Shown: positions 39,873 to 50,075 of the stretch, piece by piece
How the letters are laid out: each line of letters begins with the position of its first letter
Numbering within the stretch: position 1 is the stretch's first letter
From: Gammaproteobacteria bacterium
GTDB lineage: Bacteria; Pseudomonadota; Gammaproteobacteria; Steroidobacterales; UBA11654
Assembly (NCBI GenBank): GCA_029941465.1
Contig: JAPYQN010000002.1
Span: 548-64,547 of the forward strand
Length of the DNA: 64,000 nucleotides
Reading direction: 5' to 3'
Translations under genes and position numbers: made by a program
Notes under the pieces: model-generated
What the model saw: only the letters and a program-made list of their open reading frames with translations
What the model was told of the DNA's origin: nothing
Database searches by the model: none

Positions 39873-40870
39873 ATTCAAACCACAACATTGCTTTATCGTT
39901 AATCTTATTGATCTTTGTCTCAGCTAATCTTGTATATCCAAAAAATATTCATGCATCTAATGACAATTTAGATTTGGGTAAATCTTCACTAATGGATGAA
40001 TTAATCAATGATCATGGATTTGATGAACAATATATTAGAACCATTTTTAAAGACATAATATTCTTGCCTGAATTAATTGACACTATTTCTAAACCTGCAG
40101 AAAAAACTAAAACTTGGGATGAATATCGTGGAATTTTTCTCACTCCTAAAAGAATAGCCGCAGGCGTTTTTTTTGCTAACCAGCATAAAGATCTGATAAA
40201 CAGAGTAGAGAAAGAAACAGGAGTCCCAGCAAAAATATTACTTGGTATTTTAGGAGTTGAGACTTCTTTTGGCAATATACAAGGTCGATATAAAGTGATT
40301 AACTCTTTGTATACTCTTGCAGTTGGTTACCCACCTAGAAGTAAATTCTTTAGAGAGGAATTAATCAATTTATTCTATTTGTGTAGAGAGCAAGATCTAT
40401 CGATCTCAGAGATCAAGGGATCCTATGCTGGAGCGATGGGTGCACCACAATTTATTGCATCGAGTTATAGGGCCTATGCAGTTGACGGGGATGGTGATGG
40501 CAAGATTAATCTGTTTGAATCCTGGGAAGATATCTTGATGAGTATAGGTTACTATTTGAAAAAAAATGGGTGGGAAGAATCAAAAAATATTATCACCAGA
40601 ATACAAATTGATCACAAACGAATGCAGCAACTTGCCTCTAAGACTGTTACCCCAAAAAGCACTGTTGCTGATCTGCTTGCTTCAGGGATTCAGCTGAATC
40701 CCTTATTGGGACTAACTGAACAAGCACAAGTCGTTTACCTTGAAGGATTAAAAGGCAGTGAAGAGGCAGTAATTGGTTTGCATAACTTTTATGTTATAAC
40801 CACTTACAATAGAAATGTAATGTATGCCCTAGCTGTTTTGGAATTGGGTGAATCAATAGAAGGTTGGTAA
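39869..40870 (+). CDS. mltB: Lytic murein transglycosylase B family
   Basis: Catalytic region LLGILGVETSFG and GAMGAPQFIASSY. Signal peptide present. Confidence 0.8.
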   Translation: MNSNHNIALSLILLIFVSANLVYPKNIHASNDNLDLGKSSLMDELINDHGFDEQYIRTIFKDIIFLPELIDTISKPAEKTKTWDEYRGIFLTPKRIAAGVFFANQHKDLINRVEKETGVPAKILLGILGVETSFGNIQGRYKVINSLYTLAVGYPPRSKFFREELINLFYLCREQDLSISEIKGSYAGAMGAPQFIASSYRAYAVDGDGDGKINLFESWEDILMSIGYYLKKNGWEESKNIITRIQIDHKRMQQLASKTVTPKSTVADLLASGIQLNPLLGLTEQAQVVYLEGLKGSEEAVIGLHNFYVITTYNRNVMYALAVLELGESIEGW

Positions 40871-40876
40871 CTACCA

Positions 40877-41695
40877 ATGCATTTTCATTTAATTAAAGAA
40901 AACCTGGTATTGCTTATATTGATCTCTTTGATTTCAAGTTGTGCTCTGCAAAATAATGAACCCAAACCAACACTCAACACCAAAGAAGTTGCCAGTATAT
41001 TAAATGATGGCTGCACGATTAATCGAGATCGTAAAGAAAGGTATAAAATTGATGGGAAACGATATAAAACCTTATCCTCCAGTAGAGGCTTCAAACAAAG
41101 GGGAGTGGCCTCTTGGTATGGATCAGATTTCAATGGGAAGTTAACTGCTTGTGGAGAACGTTATAACATGTATAAATACACAGCTGCTCACAAAACATTA
41201 CCGCTACCAACTTATGTCAATGTTCAAAATTTAAGGAATGGTAAATCAGTAATTGTAAAAGTGAATGATAGAGGTCCTTTTGTTGATAACCGAATCATTG
41301 ATCTATCGTATGCAGCTGCTAAAAAGATCGACATGCTTTCACAAGGGACAACGTTTGTTAAAATTACTGCTGTCTCAGAACAAGTCGCAGCCCATGCGAT
41401 GAAAAAAAATGATCGTGGTATCTTTTCGAGCAGTATGTTTGAAAAGATCGTGCTTCTTAATAAAAATAAAATTGTCTTGCAAATAGGGGCTTTTACTGAA
41501 GAAAAAGGGGCAAGAGAACTAAAGAATAAGGTTGAAAAACTAGGCGTTAATTCTGTTTTTATTACCAAAGTAAGGTCCGCAAGAACAATCTATTATCGAG
41601 TAAGAATAGGGCCAATTAAAACATTGAAAAGTTATGAAAGAGTGATCTCTAAACTTACTTCCTTATCACTTGATATTAATTTAATCTCTGAGTAA
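40877..41695 (+). CDS. rlpA: Septal ring lytic transglycosylase RlpA (DPBB + SPOR)
   Basis: Lipobox LISSC, DPBB core GVASWYG...TACGERY...AAHKTLPLPTYV.V.NL.NGKSVIVKVNDRGPF, and a C-terminal SPOR-like domain. Confidence 0.85.
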   Translation: MHFHLIKENLVLLILISLISSCALQNNEPKPTLNTKEVASILNDGCTINRDRKERYKIDGKRYKTLSSSRGFKQRGVASWYGSDFNGKLTACGERYNMYKYTAAHKTLPLPTYVNVQNLRNGKSVIVKVNDRGPFVDNRIIDLSYAAAKKIDMLSQGTTFVKITAVSEQVAAHAMKKNDRGIFSSSMFEKIVLLNKNKIVLQIGAFTEEKGARELKNKVEKLGVNSVFITKVRSARTIYYRVRIGPIKTLKSYERVISKLTSLSLDINLISE

Positions 41696-41793
41696 GCCTT
41701 TCTTAATGACTTACCTATGTTAAAAAATTTATGTTATGGTTCCTAGAAATTATGGATGAAGACAGCTTGAAACAAACTGATTATAAAATCAAT

Positions 41794-42960
41794 ATGAGTG
41801 CTCTATTTATAGTGATTATGTGTTTCTTTATACCCAAAGTTAATGCCATTGTAATCGTGCCTAAAGCACCTAAAATTGATGTGGTCAGTTATGTGTTATT
41901 AGATGCTGAAACCGGCTCTATTATTGCAAAACTTGAAGAAACTAAACCAGTCAAGCCTGCCAGCATTACTAAACTCATGACTGCCTATACAACTTTTCAT
42001 GCCTTAAAAGAAGGGCAAGTCTCCTTGGATGATCCTGTGAAGATAAGTAAAAATGCCTCTTCAATTGGTGGATCAACAATGTTTCTTAACCCTTATATGG
42101 ATGTAACGATTGAAGATCTTATTCAAGGCATGATTATTGTCTCAGGTAATGATGCGAGTGTTGCTTTAGCTGAACATCTTGCTGGTAGTGAAGACACGTT
42201 TGCAGAATATATGAACATGTATGCTGAAGCACTTGGCCTAAAAAACAGTCACTACACTAATGCATCAGGTCTAGATGACGAAGAACACTATGCTTCAGCT
42301 CTGGATATGGCTTTGCTTGCCTCACAAATTATCAAAGAATTTCCTGAATATTTTCATTTGTACTCAGAACGGTCTTATTCCTTTGATCAAGCTGTTGATC
42401 CCACAACAAAACAACCGATCTTACAATATAACCGTAATAAATTACTAAGAAGGGATGCAAGTATTGATGGTATGAAAACCGGGTACACACAATCAGCTGG
42501 TTACTGCTTAGTTGCAACAGCTAAAAAAAATCAAATGCGATTTATAGCGGTTGTTACTGGTGCGAAGAGTGCAGATGATAGAAATAATTCTGCCTATGCG
42601 CTGCTAAATTATGGCTTTAGATTCTTTGAAAATAAGAAGCTAGTAGATAATTCAGTCTCTTATGGTGAAGCTAAAGTCTGGAAGGGTGCTGAAGATACTG
42701 TTGGTCTTGTGGCTCACCAAGAAATTATCAAAACCATAACTAAAGGAACACTCAAAGAGATTCAAAGAAAAATAGAAATTTATGAACCATTAATTGCACC
42801 GTTAAATTTAGACAAGGCAATTGGTAAGTTATCAATGGTTTATAATGATGAAGTTTTAGCTGAGACACCTTTGTATGCTGAGAAAATTATTAAAGAAGAT
42901 AGTCTTTGGGGTTGGCTATATGACAGTGCCATTTTACTATTGAATAAAACAGAAAACTGA
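41794..42960 (+). CDS. dacA: D-alanyl-D-alanine carboxypeptidase (PBP5/6 family)
   Basis: SxxK (PASITKLM), SGN (VSGNDAS) and KTG (MKTGYT) motifs. I prefer the ATG at 41794, which gives a signal peptide (MSALFIVIMCFFIPKVNA). The ORF is open from 41731. Confidence 0.85.
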   Translation: MSALFIVIMCFFIPKVNAIVIVPKAPKIDVVSYVLLDAETGSIIAKLEETKPVKPASITKLMTAYTTFHALKEGQVSLDDPVKISKNASSIGGSTMFLNPYMDVTIEDLIQGMIIVSGNDASVALAEHLAGSEDTFAEYMNMYAEALGLKNSHYTNASGLDDEEHYASALDMALLASQIIKEFPEYFHLYSERSYSFDQAVDPTTKQPILQYNRNKLLRRDASIDGMKTGYTQSAGYCLVATAKKNQMRFIAVVTGAKSADDRNNSAYALLNYGFRFFENKKLVDNSVSYGEAKVWKGAEDTVGLVAHQEIIKTITKGTLKEIQRKIEIYEPLIAPLNLDKAIGKLSMVYNDEVLAETPLYAEKIIKEDSLWGWLYDSAILLLNKTEN

Positions 42961-43022
42961 AAGAATTAAAACAACCTATCCTCTTTAAAAGCCTAGGCTG
43001 CACAAACTACAGTAACACTTTA

Positions 43023-43577
43023 GTGGGCATGCAAGAGTTCACTTCAGAAAGAAATCAACACACTCAAGATGAAATTTGGTTCCTTGAACATGAACCTGTG
43101 TTTACTTATGGCATAAGCTCTAAAGAAAATGAAATGCTATTTGAGAACTCTATCCCTATTATTAAAACTGATCGTGGTGGAAAAGGAACCTATCATGGCC
43201 CAGGTCAACTGGTGATTTATGCATTAATGGATTTAAAAAGACGATCACTGAAACCTAGAATATTTATTAAGGCTTTCTATCAGGTTATATTTAAGAGCGT
43301 TGTTAAATACCAAGCGAATCTAAAGCTAATTGATGCAGATCCAGGGATCTATTGTGATAACAAAAAATTAGTTAGTTTTGGTCTCAAAATCAATAGAAGA
43401 GGCACTTACCATGGAGCATCAATCAATGTCTCAATGAACATGGACCCTTGGAATCAAATAACCATTTGTGGGGATAATGACACACAAGCCATTGATCTTG
43501 AGCGTCTGGGAAGCCATGTGTCATTAGAGAGGCTAAAAGAAGAACTTAAAAATAACTTATCAACAAGATTTGTTTAA
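43023..43577 (+). CDS. lipB: Octanoyltransferase LipB (5' end probably upstream of the listed GTG)
   Basis: Contains WFLEHEPVFTYG, RGGKGTYHGPGQLV and KISGRG-like KINRRGTYHG motifs. Conserved-looking N-terminal residues lie upstream of 43023 (see findings). Confidence 0.85.
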   Translation: MGMQEFTSERNQHTQDEIWFLEHEPVFTYGISSKENEMLFENSIPIIKTDRGGKGTYHGPGQLVIYALMDLKRRSLKPRIFIKAFYQVIFKSVVKYQANLKLIDADPGIYCDNKKLVSFGLKINRRGTYHGASINVSMNMDPWNQITICGDNDTQAIDLERLGSHVSLERLKEELKNNLSTRFV

Positions 43578-44777
43578 CTAGATCTTCTTTAGTCTGTTAA
43601 AACCAGATTCTAAATCATTAATTAAATCACTAATATCTTCTAATCCAATGTGGAGCCTAATAATAGTATTTTGTAATTGATCTAACCCTGAGACCCTTTC
43701 TTTTTGTAACTTACAAGGTGTCATCAAAGACTCAAAACCACCCCAGCTATAACCCATAGCAAATAACTCCATATTATCTAACATAACTGCCAATTGGCTA
43801 TCAGTGTATTTTTTGTCCAAAATAATACTCATTAAGCTGCCTCCCCCAGTAAAGTACTTTTTCCAATTATCATGAGAGGAAGAAGAGCTCAAAGGTGGAT
43901 AGAGAACTTCCGTAACAAGCTCTTGTTTTTCTAACCAATTGGCTACCTCAATTGCACTCTCAAACTGGCTCTGCATCCTGATAGCCATTGTTCTGAGTCC
44001 CCTAAGACCAAGGTAACATGCATCTGGTTCAGCTGATATCCCTTGATTCTTCGATGAATTCTTTACAGATTGATAGGTTTTTTCAGTGCATGCTACAAGA
44101 CCCAGCATGGCATCTGAATGTCCTACTACGTATTTAGTGGCAGCCTGAATCTCTATGTCTATATCGTGCTCAAGTGGTCTGAAGTAAAGTGGTCCAGCCC
44201 ATGTATTATCAAAGGTAATCACGATTTCTGTTCCCAATTCTTGACTCTTATCTCTGATACTTTCTACTAAAATATCAATATCAGGTATTTCAAATGTATT
44301 GGAACTTGGAGCCTCTAAATAGACCAGTTTTGTTTCAGGTACAATTAAATCAGAAATTTCCTTGCCTATTGACGGGGATATGAATTGAGTCTTTACCCCA
44401 AAAGGTCCTAGATGCTTTGTAAAGAGTTCTGCGGCCGGTTCATAAGCACCCTGAGTCACTAAAGCATGGCTCCCTTGTTCTAAAAAAGCACTTACTGCAA
44501 TATTAATTGCTGACATACCAGAATTGGTTGCTACTGAACGATAAGCACTAGTTAATTCTGAGTAAGCTTCTTCTAAAGCAAGGCTATTAGGTGAACCTAA
44601 TCTTCCATACCTAAAACTGCTGTATGCATGATCCCAAGCTTTATATTCCTCTAAAGTGTCAAATAACACCGTGGACGATCGATATGGAGGAATATTTACA
44701 GCACCATTAGCATATAATTTATTTCTTCCTGCATGCACCAGTGAAGTTGCAGGCTTCATTTTTTTCTTTTTATTCAT
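43578..44777 (-). CDS. metC: Cystathionine beta-lyase (PLP-dependent, Cys/Met metabolism family)
   Basis: Colinear with E. coli MetC (FDNTWAGP, QAATKYVVGHSDAM with the PLP lysine, GYSWGGFESL, RLHIGLEDI.DLI.DL). I prefer the ATG at 44777, 1 nt after the murU stop. A TTG at 44792 and an ATG at 44759 are alternatives. Confidence 0.8.
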   Translation of the reverse strand: MNKKKKMKPATSLVHAGRNKLYANGAVNIPPYRSSTVLFDTLEEYKAWDHAYSSFRYGRLGSPNSLALEEAYSELTSAYRSVATNSGMSAINIAVSAFLEQGSHALVTQGAYEPAAELFTKHLGPFGVKTQFISPSIGKEISDLIVPETKLVYLEAPSSNTFEIPDIDILVESIRDKSQELGTEIVITFDNTWAGPLYFRPLEHDIDIEIQAATKYVVGHSDAMLGLVACTEKTYQSVKNSSKNQGISAEPDACYLGLRGLRTMAIRMQSQFESAIEVANWLEKQELVTEVLYPPLSSSSSHDNWKKYFTGGGSLMSIILDKKYTDSQLAVMLDNMELFAMGYSWGGFESLMTPCKLQKERVSGLDQLQNTIIRLHIGLEDISDLINDLESGFNRLKKI

Positions 44778-44778
44778 A

Positions 44779-45450
44779 TTAGTTTTTGCCAAATTTATTA
44801 TGAGCTCTATTTAATCTTTCAACAGTTCCAACATCAAGCCACTCACCTAAAAATAATTCACCTGAAATGAGATTATGATTAATTTTATCCCTGAAAATAT
44901 CAACCAATGATGAAGGCCTTTCAGTGGTTTCATCAAACATTCTACAGGAAAGAAAACTGATGCCACTAAAGGTAAGCATTTCCTCAGATTCATTAAGTAC
45001 TTGATCTGACCTTAATCCAAAATCACCAGTGGGGTTATGCTCTGGATTTGGCACTAAAATAAGGTGACCAACTCTGTTATTGAGAAGAGAAATATTGGGT
45101 AAACTAAAGTTGGTAATAATATCTGAATTCACTAACCAGAAATTTTCATTGAATAACAGATTACAATCCATGGCATTGTATACTGCTCCAGCTGTCCCTA
45201 GCGGCTCTGAACCCTCATAGAGATAGTGTAGTTTTAATCCTTCTAATCGGATATTAGAAATAAAGGATTCAATTTTTTCTCCTAACCATGACCCATTGAC
45301 GATAATCTCGGTAATGCCCGATTGATATAAAAGAGTTATGTTTCTTTCTAATAAAGTCTGCTTCCCTACTTTAACCAATGGTTTAGGTATATGTTTGGTT
45401 ATTGGCATTAACCTTAATCCCCTTCCAGCAGATAAAATCATGGCCTTCAT
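44779..45450 (-). CDS. murU: N-acetylmuramate-1-phosphate uridylyltransferase MurU-like nucleotidyltransferase
   Basis: MKAMILSAGRGLRLMPIT..IPKPL, 223 aa, colinear with Pseudomonas MurU as I recall it. Paired with amgK next to lptD, as in Pseudomonas. Confidence 0.7.
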   Translation of the reverse strand: MKAMILSAGRGLRLMPITKHIPKPLVKVGKQTLLERNITLLYQSGITEIIVNGSWLGEKIESFISNIRLEGLKLHYLYEGSEPLGTAGAVYNAMDCNLLFNENFWLVNSDIITNFSLPNISLLNNRVGHLILVPNPEHNPTGDFGLRSDQVLNESEEMLTFSGISFLSCRMFDETTERPSSLVDIFRDKINHNLISGELFLGEWLDVGTVERLNRAHNKFGKN

Positions 45451-46439
45451 TTCAAATTGTAAAATCGTATAAATTCATTGAGTGGTTCAAGAAAATCATA
45501 GCGAGCAGAGACCTTATCCAAATAAGAAAAAGTTCTTGGTATGTCTTTGATGTAATTGTTCTTATGGTCCCGATGTTTAAGTCTTGAGAATATACCAATT
45601 GCTTTGAGGTGTCTCTGAACTCCCATAAGATCAAAATCGATCTTAAAACACTCGAATGAACAATCAACTAATCCCTTAGAAGATAATTGCTGATAATACT
45701 CAGAAAGCCAATAATCAATGTCCTTGTCTGATAACTCATAATAACAATCTCGTATTAGAGAAACAAAATCATAGGTAATAGGGCCTTCAACAGCATCTTG
45801 GAAGTCAATAATACCTAATTGACCTGTGTCTGAGACAATGATATTCCTTGAATGGTAATCTCTGTGAACAAAAACCTGCTTTTGCTCCAAAGCTCTTGCT
45901 GACAAACGATTAAAGAGTTCTTGAAAATTAAACTCTTGTAGAGTCTTACTATCAACTGCCAACTCTTTTCTACAATACCATTCGGAAAATAAATCCATTT
46001 CACTGTGTAATAACACCGAATTATATTTTGGTAACTGTTCTTGAAAAGCAATCCCATTGGTTTGGATAGAAACAAGTATATTAATTGCTTCGCCATAAAA
46101 ACGATTGAGTTCTTTGGGAGTGGATATATTTTTATTTAATAATGTCTGCTGACCAAGATCAGTTAAAAGAAGAAACCCTGCTTGTAAATCTTTTTTTATA
46201 ATCCTAGGAGACGGTATGCCCATTTTTATAAGCATTCCCGAAATAATAACAAATTGTTCGTTATCCTCTTTCTCTGGAGGCGAATCCATTAGAATATAGC
46301 TCTTGTGCTTGTCATCATACACGCGTAAGAAGCTTCTAAAGCTTGCGTCTGAATGCACTGGTTTAATTGAAAATATTGATGAATCAATACTTTGACCCAC
46401 CCAGGCTTCTATAAGTTTATCCCTTTCTGTAGAATCCAT
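45447..46439 (-). CDS. amgK: Anomeric MurNAc/GlcNAc kinase AmgK-like (aminoglycoside-phosphotransferase fold)
   Basis: APH-type catalytic region VHRDYHSRNIIV...IDFQDA. 4-nt overlap with murU. Divergent from lptD. Confidence 0.7.
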   Translation of the reverse strand: MDSTERDKLIEAWVGQSIDSSIFSIKPVHSDASFRSFLRVYDDKHKSYILMDSPPEKEDNEQFVIISGMLIKMGIPSPRIIKKDLQAGFLLLTDLGQQTLLNKNISTPKELNRFYGEAINILVSIQTNGIAFQEQLPKYNSVLLHSEMDLFSEWYCRKELAVDSKTLQEFNFQELFNRLSARALEQKQVFVHRDYHSRNIIVSDTGQLGIIDFQDAVEGPITYDFVSLIRDCYYELSDKDIDYWLSEYYQQLSSKGLVDCSFECFKIDFDLMGVQRHLKAIGIFSRLKHRDHKNNYIKDIPRTFSYLDKVSARYDFLEPLNEFIRFYNLK

Positions 46440-46564
46440 ATGAAAAAATCTGATTTATAAATTTAATATTACATGATAATAAAAACTATTAACCCAGAAA
46501 GGTCAGGAAAATATTGGAAGATCATATAGAATTACTAGAATATTTCTTATTCAAAATATAGACC

Positions 46565-48733
46565 ATGAAATTTTTGAGGCTGAATCTTTTTATTATCATA
46601 GCTTTTATAGCTACCCCTATTAAATCTGATGAGCCAATCATCAATACTTGCCTAGCTCCAGAAATAAACGAAACCTCAACTTTATTTGATATTAATCAAA
46701 CATGGAATATTCAAACGGGTCAAATAGAGGGACAGAGCGGAGAAGAAATAAAGATAAGGGATAAAATTAAAATTGTTTCTGGTGATAATAAAATCATAGC
46801 AGGTGAGGTTGTTTACAGTGAAGCAGGAGGAACGATCCGAGTAAATAAAGGGTTAGTCCTTGAAAATAAAAAACTCTATGTTTTTGCAGACAATGCGGTT
46901 ATTGAAACACAAGACAATAGTGCAGTGATCAATAATGCGGAATATCAATTTCTAAGCCCTCAAGCCAGAGGCAAAGCTGATGAGATCAAAATTAATCCTA
47001 ATACAAGCTATAGCCTTATTAATGCAACCTATACCACATGTAATCCCATCGATGATTCTTGGCAGCTAGAAGCAGGAGAAATTCAAATATTCCCTAATCA
47101 AGGTATTGCTAAAAACTTAATCTTACGAGTGAACAATACACCTGTACTTTACTTGCCTTACCTTTCATTTCCAACATCCGAAGAAAGAAAATCAGGCATT
47201 CTGATACCTAATTTTGGATCCTCTTCGAAAAAAGGGGTTGAAATTAATATTCCTTATTATTGGAATATCTCACCTAATATGGATCTCATCACATCCTTTG
47301 ATTGGATGGATAAAAGAGGTCTGCAATTGGAGAATACATTTCGTTTTCTTACAGCGAAACAACAAGGAGAAATCCAAGTCAACCTTCTTCCAGATGATAA
47401 GACTATGAATGAAAATAGAGAGTATATAAATTATAACCAATTATTGAACTTGAGTTCCCAGTGGAGAGTTAATATAAAAGGTGAATACACTTCTGATAGT
47501 CAATATTTCGAGGATTTAACAGGCAATATCAACTCAACAAGTAAGACCCACCTATTTCGAACAATCAATTTACAAGGGTTCTCAGAAAATTGGCACATGA
47601 AGATGGGCATGGATAGTTTCCAAGTCTTAGACCAGTCCATTATTCCAACAAACAGACCTCATAAAATCTTACCTTATATTAATTTCAATGGGCGTTGGAG
47701 CGATCAAAACATGGGAGTAATGTTTGGTGTTAATGCTGATGTTGCTAATTTTGATAGTGCAATCAACACTTCGGGAACTCGCTTTCACTTGATGCCGAAT
47801 ATCTCGAGAACATTTAATCTTAATGGCATTAAGATTAAACCCGCAGTTGAAATTGATTTAACTTCTTATGATCTGGATGAATCGCCTAATAATATAGAAA
47901 CATCGCCCAATAGAGTAGTGCCTATATATAGCTTAGATATCCAAGCGTTATTTGAAAAAAGTTGGCATGATGGAGAATATACACAAACATTAGAACCAAG
48001 AATATTAGGTGTGCATATACCTTTCCAAGAACAAAATGATTTCCCAGTCTTTGATTCAATTCTTCCTGATCGTAATGCCCTAGAACTATTTAGGAAAAAC
48101 AGGTATTTAGGCCAAGATAGAGTTGGTGATACATCAAAATTGAGTTATGGAATAACCTCTAAAATATACAACGATAGCTCTGAAATCTTTAGCTTTACCT
48201 TTGGTCAAACTCGATACTTTAAAGATCGAAGAATTCGTTTGCCAGGTGAGTTGGGATCTGATCATAATTCTTCAGCCTATTTAACAAATATGCAATGGGC
48301 CATTAACCCACAATGGAGATTGCAACTTGGTCATATCTGGGACTCAGAGAATAATCAATCTATGAAAACCCAGTTGGGGTTTCGATACCAGTCTGAAGGA
48401 TCAAAAATATTCAACTTTTCTTATCGTTATCGACAAAATAATATCAAACAAATAGATACCTCATTCTCTTGGCCGATAAGAAATCAATGGAATATTGTTG
48501 GTCGCTACAATTATTCAATTGAAGATAGAAAAGCACTTGAACACTTCCTCGGAATTGAATACGAAACTTGTTGCTGGGGCATTCGTGCTATTTCTCGTAA
48601 GCACTTAATGTATCGTAACGGAGAGAGTGATACCTCTTTTTCAATTCAATTCATTTTTAAAGGCTTAGGAGAAATAGGTATGCCTATAGAAAACCTTCTG
48701 GAAGATGGAATATTGGGCTATGATGTGTCATAA
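46565..48733 (+). CDS. lptD: LPS-assembly outer-membrane protein LptD
   Basis: 722 aa with a signal peptide, an OstA-like N-terminal domain and a large beta-barrel. Located upstream of surA-pdxA-rsmA. Confidence 0.9.
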   Translation: MKFLRLNLFIIIAFIATPIKSDEPIINTCLAPEINETSTLFDINQTWNIQTGQIEGQSGEEIKIRDKIKIVSGDNKIIAGEVVYSEAGGTIRVNKGLVLENKKLYVFADNAVIETQDNSAVINNAEYQFLSPQARGKADEIKINPNTSYSLINATYTTCNPIDDSWQLEAGEIQIFPNQGIAKNLILRVNNTPVLYLPYLSFPTSEERKSGILIPNFGSSSKKGVEINIPYYWNISPNMDLITSFDWMDKRGLQLENTFRFLTAKQQGEIQVNLLPDDKTMNENREYINYNQLLNLSSQWRVNIKGEYTSDSQYFEDLTGNINSTSKTHLFRTINLQGFSENWHMKMGMDSFQVLDQSIIPTNRPHKILPYINFNGRWSDQNMGVMFGVNADVANFDSAINTSGTRFHLMPNISRTFNLNGIKIKPAVEIDLTSYDLDESPNNIETSPNRVVPIYSLDIQALFEKSWHDGEYTQTLEPRILGVHIPFQEQNDFPVFDSILPDRNALELFRKNRYLGQDRVGDTSKLSYGITSKIYNDSSEIFSFTFGQTRYFKDRRIRLPGELGSDHNSSAYLTNMQWAINPQWRLQLGHIWDSENNQSMKTQLGFRYQSEGSKIFNFSYRYRQNNIKQIDTSFSWPIRNQWNIVGRYNYSIEDRKALEHFLGIEYETCCWGIRAISRKHLMYRNGESDTSFSIQFIFKGLGEIGMPIENLLEDGILGYDVS

Positions 48734-48746
48734 ATTCAAGGGTCAT

Positions 48747-50054
48747 ATGAAAAGAAATCTAAAAATTATAGCTTATAGCCTGGTGCTGATGTCATCTCTT
48801 GCTGTTCCTCAAACCAGAGACCTTGGTGGAACAGGTGAGTTTATAGACAGTATTGCTGCAATTGTGAATGATGGAGTTGTATTGAGAAGTGAGGTTGAAA
48901 TACAGTTTGAGTTGATCATGGATAATTTAGAAAAACAAGGAAGTCAAATCCCGCCTGTTAATACTATTAGAGAAGGAGTGTTAGAACGATTAATTGTTCA
49001 AAGGATTCAGCTCCAAAGGGCTGATAGATATGGGATTAGAGTCTCAGATGAAGCCTTAAATGCTGCTATAACTAATGTGGCTAGAAACAACGATGTTAGC
49101 TTTGAAGAATTTCCAAAAATGCTGGATAAGGAAGGCATTAATTATAACGACTATCGCAATGAATTAAGGCAGCAAATAACGATTGAACAACTTCGTCAAA
49201 GAGAAGTAATCTCAAGAATAGCAGTTTCCGAGAGTGAATTAGAAAATTTTCTGGTCTTCCAAAAAGATCAAGACAGACTGAATTATGAATATAATTTATC
49301 ACATATTCTGATACCCGTAAGCTCAAAGGCTGGGGAAGGTGAAGTTAATAACAAACAAGATTTTATTAATGAATTATATGAAAATATTATTGGTGGCAAG
49401 AGTTTTGAGGAAGTAGCAATAGAATTCTCTGAAGGCCAACAAGCATTGTCTGGTGGTCAGTTAGGGTGGATGAAAGGCGAACAATTACCTGATATTTTTG
49501 TGAAAGTAGCAAGCGAATTAAAAAATGGAGAACTCAGCTTCCCATTTGAAAATTCTAGCGGTTTTCATCTAATTAAATTAAATGAAATAAAAGGTAATGA
49601 GCCAATTTTGGAAGAACAAATTAAAGTTCGCCATATTTTAATTAAGACTAATGAAGTGCTGGATGATTCGGCTGCCGAAGAAAAATTAAAAACTATAAAA
49701 CAACAAATTATTGATGAAGGTAATTTTGGCGCCGTTGCTTCTGCTGTGTCTGAAGATATTGGCTCTGCTCAAGATGGAGGTGATATGGGATGGGCAGCTC
49801 GTGGTTTCTTTGTGCCTGAATTTGAAGACGTTGCTTACTCATTAGAAGAGAATGAAATTAGTCCACCATTTCGTTCACGCTATGGTTGGCATATTATAGA
49901 ATACTTGGGTAAGAGAATTTTTGATAACACCGAAGAAATTCAAAAAAGAAAGGCAGTCTCTGCTATTCGAAACTCAAAACTAGCCAGTGAAATAGAAATT
50001 TGGGCGCGTGAGCTTCGTGATGAAGCATTTGTTGAAAAACTACCCTATAACTAA
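48747..50054 (+). CDS. surA: Periplasmic chaperone/PPIase SurA
   Basis: Signal peptide counted from the ATG at 48747. Two parvulin domains (NLSHILIP..., VRHILIKT...; GGDMGW). Conserved position. Confidence 0.9.
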   Translation: MKRNLKIIAYSLVLMSSLAVPQTRDLGGTGEFIDSIAAIVNDGVVLRSEVEIQFELIMDNLEKQGSQIPPVNTIREGVLERLIVQRIQLQRADRYGIRVSDEALNAAITNVARNNDVSFEEFPKMLDKEGINYNDYRNELRQQITIEQLRQREVISRIAVSESELENFLVFQKDQDRLNYEYNLSHILIPVSSKAGEGEVNNKQDFINELYENIIGGKSFEEVAIEFSEGQQALSGGQLGWMKGEQLPDIFVKVASELKNGELSFPFENSSGFHLIKLNEIKGNEPILEEQIKVRHILIKTNEVLDDSAAEEKLKTIKQQIIDEGNFGAVASAVSEDIGSAQDGGDMGWAARGFFVPEFEDVAYSLEENEISPPFRSRYGWHIIEYLGKRIFDNTEEIQKRKAVSAIRNSKLASEIEIWARELRDEAFVEKLPYN

Positions 50055-50075
50055 TTTCAAATTGCTTTTTTAAAA

